Below are positions 54,039-64,000 of a stretch of DNA of 64,000 nucleotides, piece after piece. The translations under genes and the position numbers were made by a program. This DNA comes from an uncultured Nitrospiraceae bacterium (GTDB lineage Bacteria; Nitrospirota; Nitrospiria; Nitrospirales; UBA2166). The stretch is from positions 124,758-188,757 of the forward strand of contig CAYXED010000004.1 of the NCBI GenBank assembly GCA_964463965.1. Direction: 5' to 3'. The number at the start of each line of letters is the position of its first letter. Positions within the stretch are counted from its first letter, which is position 1. The notes beneath the pieces were generated by a model. It saw only the letters and a program-made list of their open reading frames with translations, made no database searches and was not told the DNA's origin.

Positions 54039-55814
54039 TTACGGCGGAAAGAAAAAGGGTATAGCGACTGTTGAGAATATCCAAAGCACTATATTGAGCG
54101 GAAGTCCTATGCGGACAAAGTCGCGGAATGTATAACCTCCCGGGCCTAATACCATTAGATTTGTTTGGTAGCTAATGGGGGTTGCAAAGCAGGAGCTTGC
54201 ACCAAAAATTATTGCAATCATGAGAGGGAGCGGATCAATGCCAACAGTCGTTGATAAACTTAGCGCAATGGGCACCATTAGTGCTGCTGTTGCAGTGTTT
54301 GAGAAAAATGAAGTAAACAGCATCGTGAGGAAATATATGCCTCCGATAACAACCCATGGTTGTGTGGAGCCGAGAACACCTAGAAAGTGGTCAGCAATGG
54401 CAAATGCGAGTCCAGTTTTTATCATTGCAAGACCAAGGGGGATAGTACCAGCCATAAGGAGCAGTACTGATGTATCCATCGCCTGCGTTGCTTCAGAAAG
54501 TCTGATGCAACGTGTAAGCAGCATGAGTGCGGCACCAGTCAGTGTAAGGGAAACGATTGGGAAAATATTTAGTGCCGCTAGGGTAACTACACCAGTCATG
54601 ATGGCAAGTGCGATTGGGGCCTTTTCTTTGGCACGCATTGATTGCTCAATTTCTTCCACAACCATGACTCCGCCCGCTTCCCGAAGGCGAAGCAAACCGC
54701 TATTATCAGACTGAATCAGCAAAACGTCTCCTACTTTTAAGCGAGTCTCCCGTATTAGTAGGCGGTGTGGGCGTCCTAGTCGTTCAATGCCAAGCACCTT
54801 CACTCCATATAGCCGAGTCAACCCTATTCGACTTAGCCGACGGCCAACATAGGGAGAATTCGATAGTATGACAGCTTCTGCGAGAGTGGTGTCTTTGGGC
54901 TGCTGTTCGGTCATATCGTCTTCTTCTATAGCCGAAGCGAGAGCCACACCCATGGTTGAGATAAGTGTTCTAATATCTCCCGCTGTGCCATGAATGATAA
55001 GAGCGTCTCGTTCTGTGATGATAATGGTGGGGTCGATGGGCGAGCGTAGAACTTCATTTTCTCTTATAATCTCAAGGATACTAACTTCGGCTTTTTTTCC
55101 AAAAACTGTAGAAACCTGTTGCCCAATCAAAGGAGATCCCGGCTCAACAATTACCTCCGTATCAAAAGTTCCGCCACGGTTTGTGGTAGGCTGCAGGACA
55201 ACTGGCGTGCGGTCTGGAAGAAGCTTGTCACTAAAAAAATATAGATATACAACCCCAATGCTTAGGTTCAGAATTCCAAGCAATGAGAAGTCAAAAATTC
55301 CAAACTCTGGGCCACCGTTGCTCTTTGAAAGGTCGTTCACGAGAATATTAGTGCTTGTTCCTATGAGAGTACATGTGCCGCCAAGAATTGCAAGGTAGTT
55401 GACTGGTATGAGTAGTTTTGATGGGCTGATTGTCAGTTTTCTAGAAACTGTGAGTATGATTGGAATCATCATCACAACGATGGGTGTATTGTTTGCGAAT
55501 GCACTAAGCGTTGGAACAAGAGCAGTGAGAAAGACAAATAGCCTGTGTTGGCTGTTTTTTGCAAAACGTAGAACAAGTGAGATAAACATATCGAGAGCGC
55601 CGGTACGAATTAATCCTGCACTAAGAATAAACATTCCTGCTACTGTTACCGTTGCGGAACTTGAAAACCCTGAAATAGCTTCTTCAGGAGCAAGGATGCC
55701 TGTGATGGCAAGAGTTGCGATGATTAGCAGCGCGGTGATTTCTACTCGAATGTGTTGGGTAATTAGGAGCGTGATCGCTGTAAGTATGAGCAGGGAAAGA
55801 ACGATTGAATCCAT
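54039..55814 (-). CDS. SLC13/CitMHS-like permease with two TrkA-C domains
   Basis: SAFANNT, GGTCTLIGTSTN, FATPISYQTN...GPGGY.F.DF.R.G. Confidence 0.9.
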   Translation of the reverse strand: MDSIVLSLLILTAITLLITQHIRVEITALLIIATLAITGILAPEEAISGFSSSATVTVAGMFILSAGLIRTGALDMFISLVLRFAKNSQHRLFVFLTALVPTLSAFANNTPIVVMMIPIILTVSRKLTISPSKLLIPVNYLAILGGTCTLIGTSTNILVNDLSKSNGGPEFGIFDFSLLGILNLSIGVVYLYFFSDKLLPDRTPVVLQPTTNRGGTFDTEVIVEPGSPLIGQQVSTVFGKKAEVSILEIIRENEVLRSPIDPTIIITERDALIIHGTAGDIRTLISTMGVALASAIEEDDMTEQQPKDTTLAEAVILSNSPYVGRRLSRIGLTRLYGVKVLGIERLGRPHRLLIRETRLKVGDVLLIQSDNSGLLRLREAGGVMVVEEIEQSMRAKEKAPIALAIMTGVVTLAALNIFPIVSLTLTGAALMLLTRCIRLSEATQAMDTSVLLLMAGTIPLGLAMIKTGLAFAIADHFLGVLGSTQPWVVIGGIYFLTMLFTSFFSNTATAALMVPIALSLSTTVGIDPLPLMIAIIFGASSCFATPISYQTNLMVLGPGGYTFRDFVRIGLPLNIVLWIFSTVAIPFFFPP

Positions 55815-55986
55815 GCTAAACGAAGCTCCTTAGATGCATTTAAGTGGTACGGTTTAGATTAGAACTTGAGGCCAATTTCAACAGTAGCTTAAGATCATGG
55901 TAGAGTTTATGGGTTGGGAAATCCATGACGTATTTAGAGGGTCGGGTTCACCTTTGGCTAACGTCATACCCGACGACGTGTGACCC

Positions 55987-56292
55987 TCAGAACTTACTTA
56001 GCATTCGAGAGACGAGACGTGAACGCTCAATAATGGTGGTCTTCTCTGATTTTAACATGTCTAGTTCTGTTTTTATTTTGAGGAAGCTTTTGTAAGCTTC
56101 CTGCATTTCAACATTCACAGCATATAGGGCACGATCAAGTTCTGCAGCCATCTGCATCAGCCTGTCGTAGTTCTTTTCAAGGTTTCCCGCCTCCTCGGAG
56201 GTTAACGGGCGGACTGATTTGCCTTCTTCCTCAGATACTGTTGGCTGGGCTATATCTCCTGATCCTTCAGAGGGTAATGGCTGGATTGACAA
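55987..56292 (-). CDS. Hypothetical coiled-coil protein
   Basis: RBS AGGAGG before TTG; heptad-rich C-terminal half. Confidence 0.65.
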   Translation of the reverse strand: MSIQPLPSEGSGDIAQPTVSEEEGKSVRPLTSEEAGNLEKNYDRLMQMAAELDRALYAVNVEMQEAYKSFLKIKTELDMLKSEKTTIIERSRLVSRMLSKF

Positions 56293-56496
56293 CGCTCTGG
56301 CTCCTCCTAGTATGGGTGAACTTGTATAATAATAGTCAGCTTTTTTTTGCTTTGGCCTACTCGTTATAAAGATGCAAAGACCCTCGCACTTACCTAAGGG
56401 AGCCTGATCATACCAACCGAGTCTATATGGATCAAGTCCTTGTCTTTTAAGGAGTTTTGGACCCTAAAACAATAGCAAAATGTTGGTGATTGAAAA

Positions 56497-56525
56497 TTGA
56501 CAAGGTTTATGGCATCTCCTACAAT
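56497..56525 (+). promoter_or_regulatory. Sigma70 promoter of the alaC-hom-thrC-lysC-cimA operon
   Basis: TTGACA-N17-TACAAT. Confidence 0.7.
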
Positions 56526-56566
56526 CCGGCGGGGGTACTATGGTCAGTGAGTAGTATAAAACCGCA

Positions 56567-57760
56567 ATGAAACAGGGTTTTCATCGTATCAACCGGCTTC
56601 CTCCTTATGTCTTTGCAGAAGTCACGGCGCTAAAGCTTGAGGCTAGACATAGGGGTGAGGATATTATTGATTTTGGGATGGGAAATCCTGATATGCCTAC
56701 CCCCCAACCGATTGTTGATAAGTTGGTTGAGGCGGCGCAGAACCCCAAAAACATGAGGTATTCAGCATCGCGAGGGATTACTAAGCTTCGGGTTGCAATC
56801 TCCAACTGGTACAAGAGAAAATATGGGGTTTCTCTTGATCCAGAGACGGAGACCATTGCAACGATAGGATCCAAAGATGGCATTGCTCATCTTGTGTTAG
56901 CGCTTGTGGGGCCTGGGGACGCAGTATTAGCACCAACACCTACCTACCCTATCCATCTTTATAGTGTCATTATCGCTGGGGCTGAAGTGAGGGGAGTGCC
57001 TCTACGTGAGGGAGAGGATTTTTTTGAAGCAATTGTCACAGCATATCGTCAGACACTTCCACGCCCCAGATTATTGATTATTAATTTTCCACATAATCCA
57101 ACAACGGAAACGGCAGATCTTGAGTTTTTTAAAAAAATAGTTGTATTTGCAAAAGAAAATGACTTGATTGTCTTGCATGATTTGGCCTATGCAGATTTGG
57201 TTTTTGATGGATATCGGGCTCCTAGTTTTTTGCAAGTTGATGGCGCAAAAGATGTGGGGGTGGAGTTTTTCACGCTCTCAAAAAGCTATGCAATGCCAGG
57301 TTGGCGGGTTGGCTTTTGCGTTGGCAACCCTGATGTAGTTGGCGCGCTTGCAAAAATAAAGAGTTACCTCGATTACGGGATTTTTCAGCCTATTCAAATC
57401 GCAAGCATCTTAGCGTTGAATGAGCAAGAGGAATCTGTCACTGATATTGTTTCCATGTATCGAGCTCGGCGTGATGTGTTGGTAGATGGTCTGAACAGAA
57501 TTGGTTGGTCTGTTCGGCGTCCAGTAGCAACAATGTTTGTATGGGCAAAAATCCCTGAAGAATTTCGTGCAATGGGTTCCCTGGCGTTCTCAAAGATGCT
57601 ACTGAATGAGGCGAAGGTAGCGGTATCTCCTGGCATTGGGTTTGGTGAATATGGAGATGAGCACGTTAGGTTCGCCTTGGTAGAGAATGAACATCGTACT
57701 CGACAAGCTATACGATGCATCAAGAAAACATTAAGCGAAAACCATAAAACTATTCTATGA
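56567..57760 (+). CDS. alaC: Class I PLP aminotransferase AlaC
   Basis: [46 protein letters not shown]. Confidence 0.85.
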   Translation: MKQGFHRINRLPPYVFAEVTALKLEARHRGEDIIDFGMGNPDMPTPQPIVDKLVEAAQNPKNMRYSASRGITKLRVAISNWYKRKYGVSLDPETETIATIGSKDGIAHLVLALVGPGDAVLAPTPTYPIHLYSVIIAGAEVRGVPLREGEDFFEAIVTAYRQTLPRPRLLIINFPHNPTTETADLEFFKKIVVFAKENDLIVLHDLAYADLVFDGYRAPSFLQVDGAKDVGVEFFTLSKSYAMPGWRVGFCVGNPDVVGALAKIKSYLDYGIFQPIQIASILALNEQEESVTDIVSMYRARRDVLVDGLNRIGWSVRRPVATMFVWAKIPEEFRAMGSLAFSKMLLNEAKVAVSPGIGFGEYGDEHVRFALVENEHRTRQAIRCIKKTLSENHKTIL

Positions 57761-57782
57761 TTCTGTAGAGTTTAATATACGT

Positions 57783-59105
57783 ATGAGAGAAAAAATTGGC
57801 ATAGCAATTATTGGTTTTGGCACTGTTGGTTGTGGTGTCGCAAAGATTCTTATAGATCAGGCAGAGCTGATTCGTCGGCGTCTTGGTATTCCGCTTGAAG
57901 TGGTGGGGATTGCCGATCTCGATATTACTACAGGTCGTGGTATTGAGATTAATAAAGAGTTATTGACAACTGATGCCAAGGGGCTCATAGAGAACCCCAA
58001 GACTGACATGGTCGTAGAGCTTATTGGTGGGTTGCAACCAGCGAAGCAATTTATTGAAAACGCATTGGCGTTGGGTAAACCTGTAGTAACGGCTAATAAG
58101 GCGCTCTTGGCGGTTCATGGGGAAGAAATCTATTCCGTGTCTCAGAATCACCGGACAGATATTGGTTTTGAAGCTAGTGTAGGAGGGGGAATACCTATTA
58201 TCCGTACGCTCAGGGAAGGTTTAGCTGGAGAGAAGGTTCATACGATATATGGGATAATTAATGGAACGGCCAATTATATTCTGACAAAAATGAGTGAAGG
58301 GGGAGTGTCGTTTGATGAGGTAGTGGCTGAAGCGCAACGTGCTGGTTATGCTGAAGTAGACCCTTCGACCGATATCGAGGGTTTTGATTCAGCTCACAAG
58401 CTTGCTATTCTCATTAATCTTGCTTTTGGTACTAAGGTTGATCTTGAGGATGTCTATACTGAGGGGATAACGTCGATCGATTCATTGGATTTGGAAGCGG
58501 CTCGAGAGTTTGGGTATACCGTTAAGCTTCTTGGTATTGCCAAGAGGAGTAGCTCTGAGGAAACTTCGATGGCAGGCGAAAATATTGAGGCGCGTGTACA
58601 TCCCACAATGATTTCGAGGCACTCTCCTCTTTCACAGGTACACGGAGTATTCAATGCAATTCATTTGGTAGGTGAAAGTGTTGGAGACCTAATGTTGTAC
58701 GGGAGAGGAGCAGGCTCGTTACCTACAGGAAGTGCAGTTGTAGGAGATATTATTGAGATTGCCAGAAATCTAATTGCGGGTACAAGGGGTAGAATTCCTC
58801 CGTGCTCCTTCCAACCTGATGAGAGAAGGGCGCTTTTGCTCAAACCTATGACCGATCTTCGCTGCCCGTATTACTTAAGATTTACAGTGCAAGATACCCC
58901 GGGAATATTGTCACAATTAGCAGGGGTACTTGGAGATCATGACATTAGCATTGCTTCCGTTTTGCAACGTGGGCATAAACGTGGAGGGAAAGTGCCTGTC
59001 GTGATGATTACCCATGAAGCTGTAGAGCAAAATATTCAGGCTGCCATGCAAGCAATTGGGAGCAGCCTGTCTGACCGATCAATGCTCATCCGTATTGAGT
59101 CTTAA
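57783..59105 (+). CDS. hom: Homoserine dehydrogenase with ACT domain
   Basis: GFGTVG, VTANKA, FEASVGGGIP, NGTANYIL, GYAE.DP, GRGAG. Confidence 0.96.
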   Translation: MREKIGIAIIGFGTVGCGVAKILIDQAELIRRRLGIPLEVVGIADLDITTGRGIEINKELLTTDAKGLIENPKTDMVVELIGGLQPAKQFIENALALGKPVVTANKALLAVHGEEIYSVSQNHRTDIGFEASVGGGIPIIRTLREGLAGEKVHTIYGIINGTANYILTKMSEGGVSFDEVVAEAQRAGYAEVDPSTDIEGFDSAHKLAILINLAFGTKVDLEDVYTEGITSIDSLDLEAAREFGYTVKLLGIAKRSSSEETSMAGENIEARVHPTMISRHSPLSQVHGVFNAIHLVGESVGDLMLYGRGAGSLPTGSAVVGDIIEIARNLIAGTRGRIPPCSFQPDERRALLLKPMTDLRCPYYLRFTVQDTPGILSQLAGVLGDHDISIASVLQRGHKRGGKVPVVMITHEAVEQNIQAAMQAIGSSLSDRSMLIRIES

Positions 59106-59117
59106 CGGATTGGGAAC

Positions 59118-60182
59118 ATGAGTCAGCGGCCATTCGGCGTTATTGATACCTATCGAGATTTTCTTCCTGTCACTAAGGACAGCCCTGTTGTGTCGCTTCA
59201 GGAGGGGGGTACCCCTCTGATTAAGGCTAGGCGTTTGGGTAAGTCTTTTGACCCTCCAGTTAATGTCTACTTGAAGTGTGAGGGATTTAATCCTACAGGG
59301 TCATTTAAGGATAGAGGAATGTGTTTGGCCATGACGAAAGCTCTTGAAAACCATGCTCGAGCAGTTATTTGTGCGTCGACAGGGAACACATCAGCCTCGG
59401 CAGCGGCGTATGGGGCCAGGGCGGGTCTTTCTGTGTGCGTGGTTATCCCAGAAGGAGAAATCGCGATGGGAAAATTAGCTCAGGCTGTAATTCATGGGGC
59501 AAAAGTGCTTCAAATCAAGGGCAATTTTGATGAAGCGTTGACCATGGTTAAAGAAATTGCATATTCGCAATCGCTTGAGATTGTGAATTCCATTAACCCA
59601 TTTCGCATCGATGGGCAAAAAACTGCTGCGTTTGAAGTCTGTGACGTCCTTGGGGTTCCGCCAGTTTATCATTTTCTGCCGGTAGGGAATGCTGGGAATA
59701 TCACTGCATACTGGAAGGGTTATACGGAATACAAAGATGCGGGACGCATCGCTTTTCTGCCCAGAATGATGGGTTTTCAGGCTGCAGGTGCTGCGCCAAT
59801 TGTGCATGGACATGTAGTAACCAGCCCCAAAACAGTTGCGTCTGCAATTCGCATTGGAAATCCTGCAAGCTGGAAATCCGCTCAAGTAGCTGCAGAGGAA
59901 TCATCTGGAAGGATTGACATGGTAACCGATGATGAACTTCTCAGTGCATATAAATTACTTGCTGATCAAGAAGGGGTTTTCTGTGAACCTGCCTCTGCTG
60001 CATCCGTTGCTGGATTGATCAAGGTGTCGAGGGAAAAGGTATTTCAAGAGAATGATGTCGTGGTGTGTACATTAACTGGACATGGTTTGAAGGATGTTGA
60101 TTGCGCTATGAATGTCGCTTCTCGGCCTATGACATGTGTAAATGCTGAAGATGTCCAAGAGGCAATTAAGCGCTGGGTCTGA
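59118..60182 (+). CDS. thrC: Threonine synthase
   Basis: NPTGSFKDRG, CASTGNTSASA, PVGNAGNI, EPASAAS. Confidence 0.96.
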   Translation: MSQRPFGVIDTYRDFLPVTKDSPVVSLQEGGTPLIKARRLGKSFDPPVNVYLKCEGFNPTGSFKDRGMCLAMTKALENHARAVICASTGNTSASAAAYGARAGLSVCVVIPEGEIAMGKLAQAVIHGAKVLQIKGNFDEALTMVKEIAYSQSLEIVNSINPFRIDGQKTAAFEVCDVLGVPPVYHFLPVGNAGNITAYWKGYTEYKDAGRIAFLPRMMGFQAAGAAPIVHGHVVTSPKTVASAIRIGNPASWKSAQVAAEESSGRIDMVTDDELLSAYKLLADQEGVFCEPASAASVAGLIKVSREKVFQENDVVVCTLTGHGLKDVDCAMNVASRPMTCVNAEDVQEAIKRWV

Positions 60183-60200
60183 TTGAGGTACGTTGTAAGG

Positions 60201-61418
60201 ATGAGTTTAGTTGTTCAGAAATATGGTGGAACTTCAGTTGGGACGGTTGATAGGATTAAGCATATTGCTACGCGTGTTGCTGCGATGCAACGAGATAATT
60301 GTCGTGTGGTTGTGGTGCTTTCTGCCATGAATGATGAAACCGATAGACTGATGGGGCTTGCGCGTGCAATTTCTGACAAGCCAGACAAGCGTGAATTAGA
60401 TTTGCTGCTTTCCAGTGGAGAGCGTGTCACGATTGCACTTGTTGCAATGACTCTTAAAGAGTTAGGGGTTGAGGCTCAATCTTTTACTGGACGTCAAGTT
60501 GGCATACTTACCAGCAATACTCATACTAAGGCACGCATTGAGAGTGTTGGCGCGGTAAGACTTCAGGCTGCACTTGAGCAGGATGTGGTGCCAGTTGTTG
60601 CTGGCTTTCAGGGGATTAATGAGCAGTCGGATGTAACTACGTTAGGGCGTGGTGGTTCTGATTTGACTGCTATTGCTCTTGCCGCTTCGCTCGATGCGGA
60701 GTGTTGTGAAATTTATACTGATGTGGATGGGGTCTATACGGCTGATCCAAGGATTGTCTCAACTGCAAGACGTTTGGATAGAATCTCGTATGAGGAAATG
60801 CTTGAAATGGCAAGTCTTGGTGCAAAAGTCCTTCAAGATAGGGCGGTCGTATTTGCGGCGAACCATGAGGTGAAAATTGTGGTAAAGTCAAGCTTTACTG
60901 AAGGACCTGGGACCGAAGTTGTTAAGGAGCATAAAGAAATGGAACGTGATGCTGTCTCTGGTGTGACCTACGATAGGCACCAGGCAAAAGTTACCCTGAT
61001 TGGTGTGCCGGACACGCCAGGTATTGCGGCGCGTATTTTTGAGCCTGTTGCTGCAGTTGACATTATTGTTGACATGATTATTCAAAATGTTGGGCAGGAT
61101 GCAATGACAGATGTTTCTTTTACCGTTCCGAAGGATGATGTTCCAAAGGCGGTTGAGGTCATTGATCGTGTTTCAAAGGAAATTCATGCAAAACGCGTTG
61201 AGGTGATGCACAATATTGCAAAGGTGTCCATTGTTGGTGTTGGAATGCGTGCACATTCTGGTGTTGCAGCAAAAATGTTTGTTGTTATGGCCAACAAGGG
61301 GATCAACATTATGATGATTAGTACTTCTGAGATAAAAATATCATGCGTGATTGAAGAAAAACATGTTGAGACTGCCGTTGCACTACTCCATCAAGCTTTT
61401 GATTTGGAGAAAGAGTGA
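60201..61418 (+). CDS. lysC: Aspartate kinase
   Basis: [32 protein letters not shown], two ACT domains, STSEIKIS. Confidence 0.96.
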   Translation: MSLVVQKYGGTSVGTVDRIKHIATRVAAMQRDNCRVVVVLSAMNDETDRLMGLARAISDKPDKRELDLLLSSGERVTIALVAMTLKELGVEAQSFTGRQVGILTSNTHTKARIESVGAVRLQAALEQDVVPVVAGFQGINEQSDVTTLGRGGSDLTAIALAASLDAECCEIYTDVDGVYTADPRIVSTARRLDRISYEEMLEMASLGAKVLQDRAVVFAANHEVKIVVKSSFTEGPGTEVVKEHKEMERDAVSGVTYDRHQAKVTLIGVPDTPGIAARIFEPVAAVDIIVDMIIQNVGQDAMTDVSFTVPKDDVPKAVEVIDRVSKEIHAKRVEVMHNIAKVSIVGVGMRAHSGVAAKMFVVMANKGINIMMISTSEIKISCVIEEKHVETAVALLHQAFDLEKE

Positions 61419-61425
61419 AGAGCAC

Positions 61426-62358
61426 TTGATCCAATATTTTGGTAGTACGCGTCTCTGGCATTGTTTTTTTGTGATTATTATGGGGACTCTGGGATTGGGA
61501 GATGTTGCGTTGGGTGAGTCGAAGCAAGATATCCAAAATCGGCAGCAGAGCTCAGGTCCGGTTGAAGAGCAGCTTTCTGAAAGGATAGCCGAGATTGATC
61601 AAACAAACCGGGATCTCAAAATGATCCAGAAAAAAGTTTTGGAAGAGATAGTAGCGTCTGGTGTTATGCCGCCTGCAGATATGAGGTTGATTCCGGCAGG
61701 CTCTTTCTTTATGGGACTTGATGAAACTGACCTTTCCGGATTGAAGCCTGCACACCGAGTATATTTAGATGCTTATTGGATTGATCAGTTTCCTGTAACA
61801 AATGAGAAATACCGTGCTTGTTTTGACGCTGGTGTCTGTCTTCCCCCCGCCAATAGGCCTGGCGGATTTTTAAATCGAAGTGAGTATTATGAAAACCCTA
61901 AATTTGTAAAATTTCCAGTAAACTATGTGAGGCATGGGCATGCATCGGCCTACTGTGAATGGGAAGGAAAACGATTGCCGACTGAGGCAGAATGGGAGAA
62001 GGCGGCTCGTGGGGATGATGGAAGATTGTATGCGTGGGGGGATAAAATTCCAGAAGATTTTCTTGAGACTGATCCTATTGGTCCAGTGGGTTCAATGCCT
62101 GAAACTGCCAGTCCGTATGGGGTGATGGATATGGGTGGAAGTATTTGGGAATGGGTAGGGGATTCGTATGCGGGTGATTACTATGAAAATAGCCCTGTGG
62201 TAAACCCCCAGGGACCAGATGCTCGTATGACCAAGGTCAAACGAGGAGGTGATAGATTTATTCTCACCCCATGGGCTGTTATAAGAAGCCCTGAGTGGAC
62301 GCATGATTCTAACCATAATGTTGGCTTTCGATGCGCAAAGGATCTTACCTCTCCATGA
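61426..62358 (+). CDS. FGE-sulfatase (SUMF1/PvdO-like) domain protein, probably exported
   Basis: RLPTEAEWEKAARG, SPYGVMDMGGSIWEW, VGFRC; signal-like N-terminus; start uncertain. Confidence 0.85.
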   Translation: MIQYFGSTRLWHCFFVIIMGTLGLGDVALGESKQDIQNRQQSSGPVEEQLSERIAEIDQTNRDLKMIQKKVLEEIVASGVMPPADMRLIPAGSFFMGLDETDLSGLKPAHRVYLDAYWIDQFPVTNEKYRACFDAGVCLPPANRPGGFLNRSEYYENPKFVKFPVNYVRHGHASAYCEWEGKRLPTEAEWEKAARGDDGRLYAWGDKIPEDFLETDPIGPVGSMPETASPYGVMDMGGSIWEWVGDSYAGDYYENSPVVNPQGPDARMTKVKRGGDRFILTPWAVIRSPEWTHDSNHNVGFRCAKDLTSP

Positions 62359-64000
62359 CTAAAAAGATGATTGAGATTTATGATACTACTCTTCGGGACG
62401 GGTCTCAGTCTGTTGATGTTTCTTTTTCTGCCATGGACAAGGTGCGTATTGCACATAAGCTTGATGAATTAGGAGTACAGTTCATTGAGGGAGGGTGGCC
62501 GGGATCAAATCCCAAGGACATAGAGTTTTTTAAGGAGATTAAAAGACAGCCGCTTAGCCAGGCAAAGATTGTTGCATTTGGGTCAACACGGAAGGCAGCA
62601 CTTCGAGTCAAGAACGACCCCAATTTGCAAGCTTTGCTTAAAGCGGATACGGAATTTATTACCATTTTTGGGAAGAGCTGGGTATTGCATTTGAAGACTG
62701 CACTTGGAATTTCTCGAGCTAAAAATCTTGAGATTATTTCAGACTCCATTCACTATTTGTGCAGTCACAACAAATCAGTCATTTATGATGCGGAGCACTT
62801 TTTTGATGGGTTTAAAGCTGACCCTGATTATGCTATGCAAACCTTGGAAAGTGCCGAACAGGCAGGCGCCATGCGATTGGTGTTGTGTGATACTAATGGT
62901 GCTGCAATGCCATGGGAAATTAAAGAAATTGTTGCTAAGGTATCCAAGGCAATGAAAACTCCAATTGGCATTCATGCGCACAATGATGGAGAGATGGCGG
63001 TAGCAAATTCATTAATGGCAGTGAAAAGTGGTGCGATTCAAGTTCAGGGAACAATTAATGGGATTGGGGAACGGTGTGGAAATGCGAATTTGTGTTCTAT
63101 CGCACCTAATTTAAGTTTGAAAATGGGGCGGGTATGTTTAACGCGAGAACAGCTACGAAAGCTGCGTGATGTTTCTCGTTTTGTGTACGAAACTGCAAAT
63201 CTTCAACCAGATAAACGGCAACCGTATGTTGGAGAAGCCGCCTTCACCCATAAGGGAGGTGTCCACATTCATGCGGTTGAAAAGCATCCTACTACTTATG
63301 AACATGTAACGCCTGAAGCTGTTGGGAATCGGCGTAGGCTTCTTATATCTGATAATGCTGGGCGTAGTGCAGTTCTGGCAAAAGCTAAGGACTTTGGACT
63401 GTCGCTCTCGAAGACTAGTCCTGAACTTGACACGTTGCTTAGAGACTTGAAAGATCGTGAACATCAGGGTTTTCAGTTTGAGGGGGCTGAAGGTTCTTTT
63501 GAGTTACTTATGAGAAAAGCTGCAGGTTCCTCAATGCAGTCTTTTGAACTCTTAGGGTTTAGGATAATTGTCGAGAAAAGGGAGTTGACTCAAGGGACAG
63601 TATCAGAAGCGACGATCATAGTGAGAGTTGGTGATCGTGTTGAAAATTGCGCAGCGGAGGGAAATGGACCTGTGCATGCACTCGACAACGCCCTTAGAAA
63701 AGCCTTGGATCTTTTTTATCCAGAGCTTAGGGATGTCCAGTTGCGTGATTATAAGGTGCGCGTGTTGACTGGAGAGGAAGGGACTGCGTCTAAGGTGAGG
63801 GTCCTAATTGTATCGAGTGATCATGAAAATGAGTGGAGTACAGTTGGGGTATCGGGAGACATTATTGATGCAAGTTGGCAGGCTCTTGCGGATAGTATTG
63901 AGCTTTGTCTCCTAAGAAAGCATATGTCAAAGGTGAAGCCATTATCAAAGAGCCGTTCAAGGGGAAGTCATGCGAAAGGCAGATCTGTCACAAGAACTGT
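62355..64000 (+). CDS. cimA: Citramalate synthase, 3' end outside window
   Basis: Not in ORF track. ATGA overlap at 62355; IYDTTLRDG, FIEGGWPGSNPKD, IHAHND, GERCGNANL, HKGGVH, DYKVRVL; no stop seen before 64000. Confidence 0.93.
   Translation, partial: MTKKMIEIYDTTLRDGSQSVDVSFSAMDKVRIAHKLDELGVQFIEGGWPGSNPKDIEFFKEIKRQPLSQAKIVAFGSTRKAALRVKNDPNLQALLKADTEFITIFGKSWVLHLKTALGISRAKNLEIISDSIHYLCSHNKSVIYDAEHFFDGFKADPDYAMQTLESAEQAGAMRLVLCDTNGAAMPWEIKEIVAKVSKAMKTPIGIHAHNDGEMAVANSLMAVKSGAIQVQGTINGIGERCGNANLCSIAPNLSLKMGRVCLTREQLRKLRDVSRFVYETANLQPDKRQPYVGEAAFTHKGGVHIHAVEKHPTTYEHVTPEAVGNRRRLLISDNAGRSAVLAKAKDFGLSLSKTSPELDTLLRDLKDREHQGFQFEGAEGSFELLMRKAAGSSMQSFELLGFRIIVEKRELTQGTVSEATIIVRVGDRVENCAAEGNGPVHALDNALRKALDLFYPELRDVQLRDYKVRVLTGEEGTASKVRVLIVSSDHENEWSTVGVSGDIIDASWQALADSIELCLLRKHMSKVKPLSKSRSRGSHAKGRSVTRT

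Noticed and set aside
130-64000. Numerous 60-170 aa ORFs antisense or out of frame to long genes (e.g. 26737-27246, 33409-33903, 33527-33916, 39155-39670, 54175-54714)
   Set aside because: They lie wholly within well-supported genes and mirror their repeats or codon bias; no independent motifs.
1-64000. CRISPR array, transposase, prophage or defence genes
   Set aside because: No spaced direct repeats or such protein motifs seen; all tandem repeats found are coding.

Overview
Ordinary chromosomal DNA with no integrase, transposase or CRISPR array seen. It most likely comes from a Nitrospirota-like, moderately AT-rich bacterium (inferred from gene content and order; GC not computed). The window is probably origin-proximal, because it carries mnmG-parA-parB and a perfect parS palindrome. 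From left to right: (1) a minus-strand operon joining a DabA (DUF2309) beta-carbonic-anhydrase-like subunit to a full set of Mrp/Mnh antiporter subunits and a NuoL/DabB-like subunit; (2) pstS and an OprO/P phosphate porin; (3) fdx, a CDGSH protein, mnmG, parAB and mnmA, with two candidate NrdR boxes before parA; (4) a Gld-like ABC cluster, rlmB, pilD, a copZ-like gene and tRNA-Gln; (5) a 15-kb surface-protein locus with two paralogous collagen-like lipoproteins, an integrin-alpha-like FG-GAP propeller and a 14-Kelch/InlB-B-repeat protein, all surrounding a divergent pair of a polyprenol-P-sugar-synthase-like GT2 and a TMTC-like GT-C transferase; (6) housekeeping and Fe-S genes (nth, proS, queC, lipA, rrf2-nfu-apbC-DUF971); (7) alaC-hom-thrC-lysC-cimA. 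The best candidates for undescribed systems are the putative TMTC-type O-glycosylation locus for eukaryote-like surface proteins and the DAB-Mrp hybrid operon. Four genes absent from the ORF track were found by eye as small ORFs (three) or tRNA (one), plus a probable CTG start. Family assignments rest on motif recognition only; no database searches were run.
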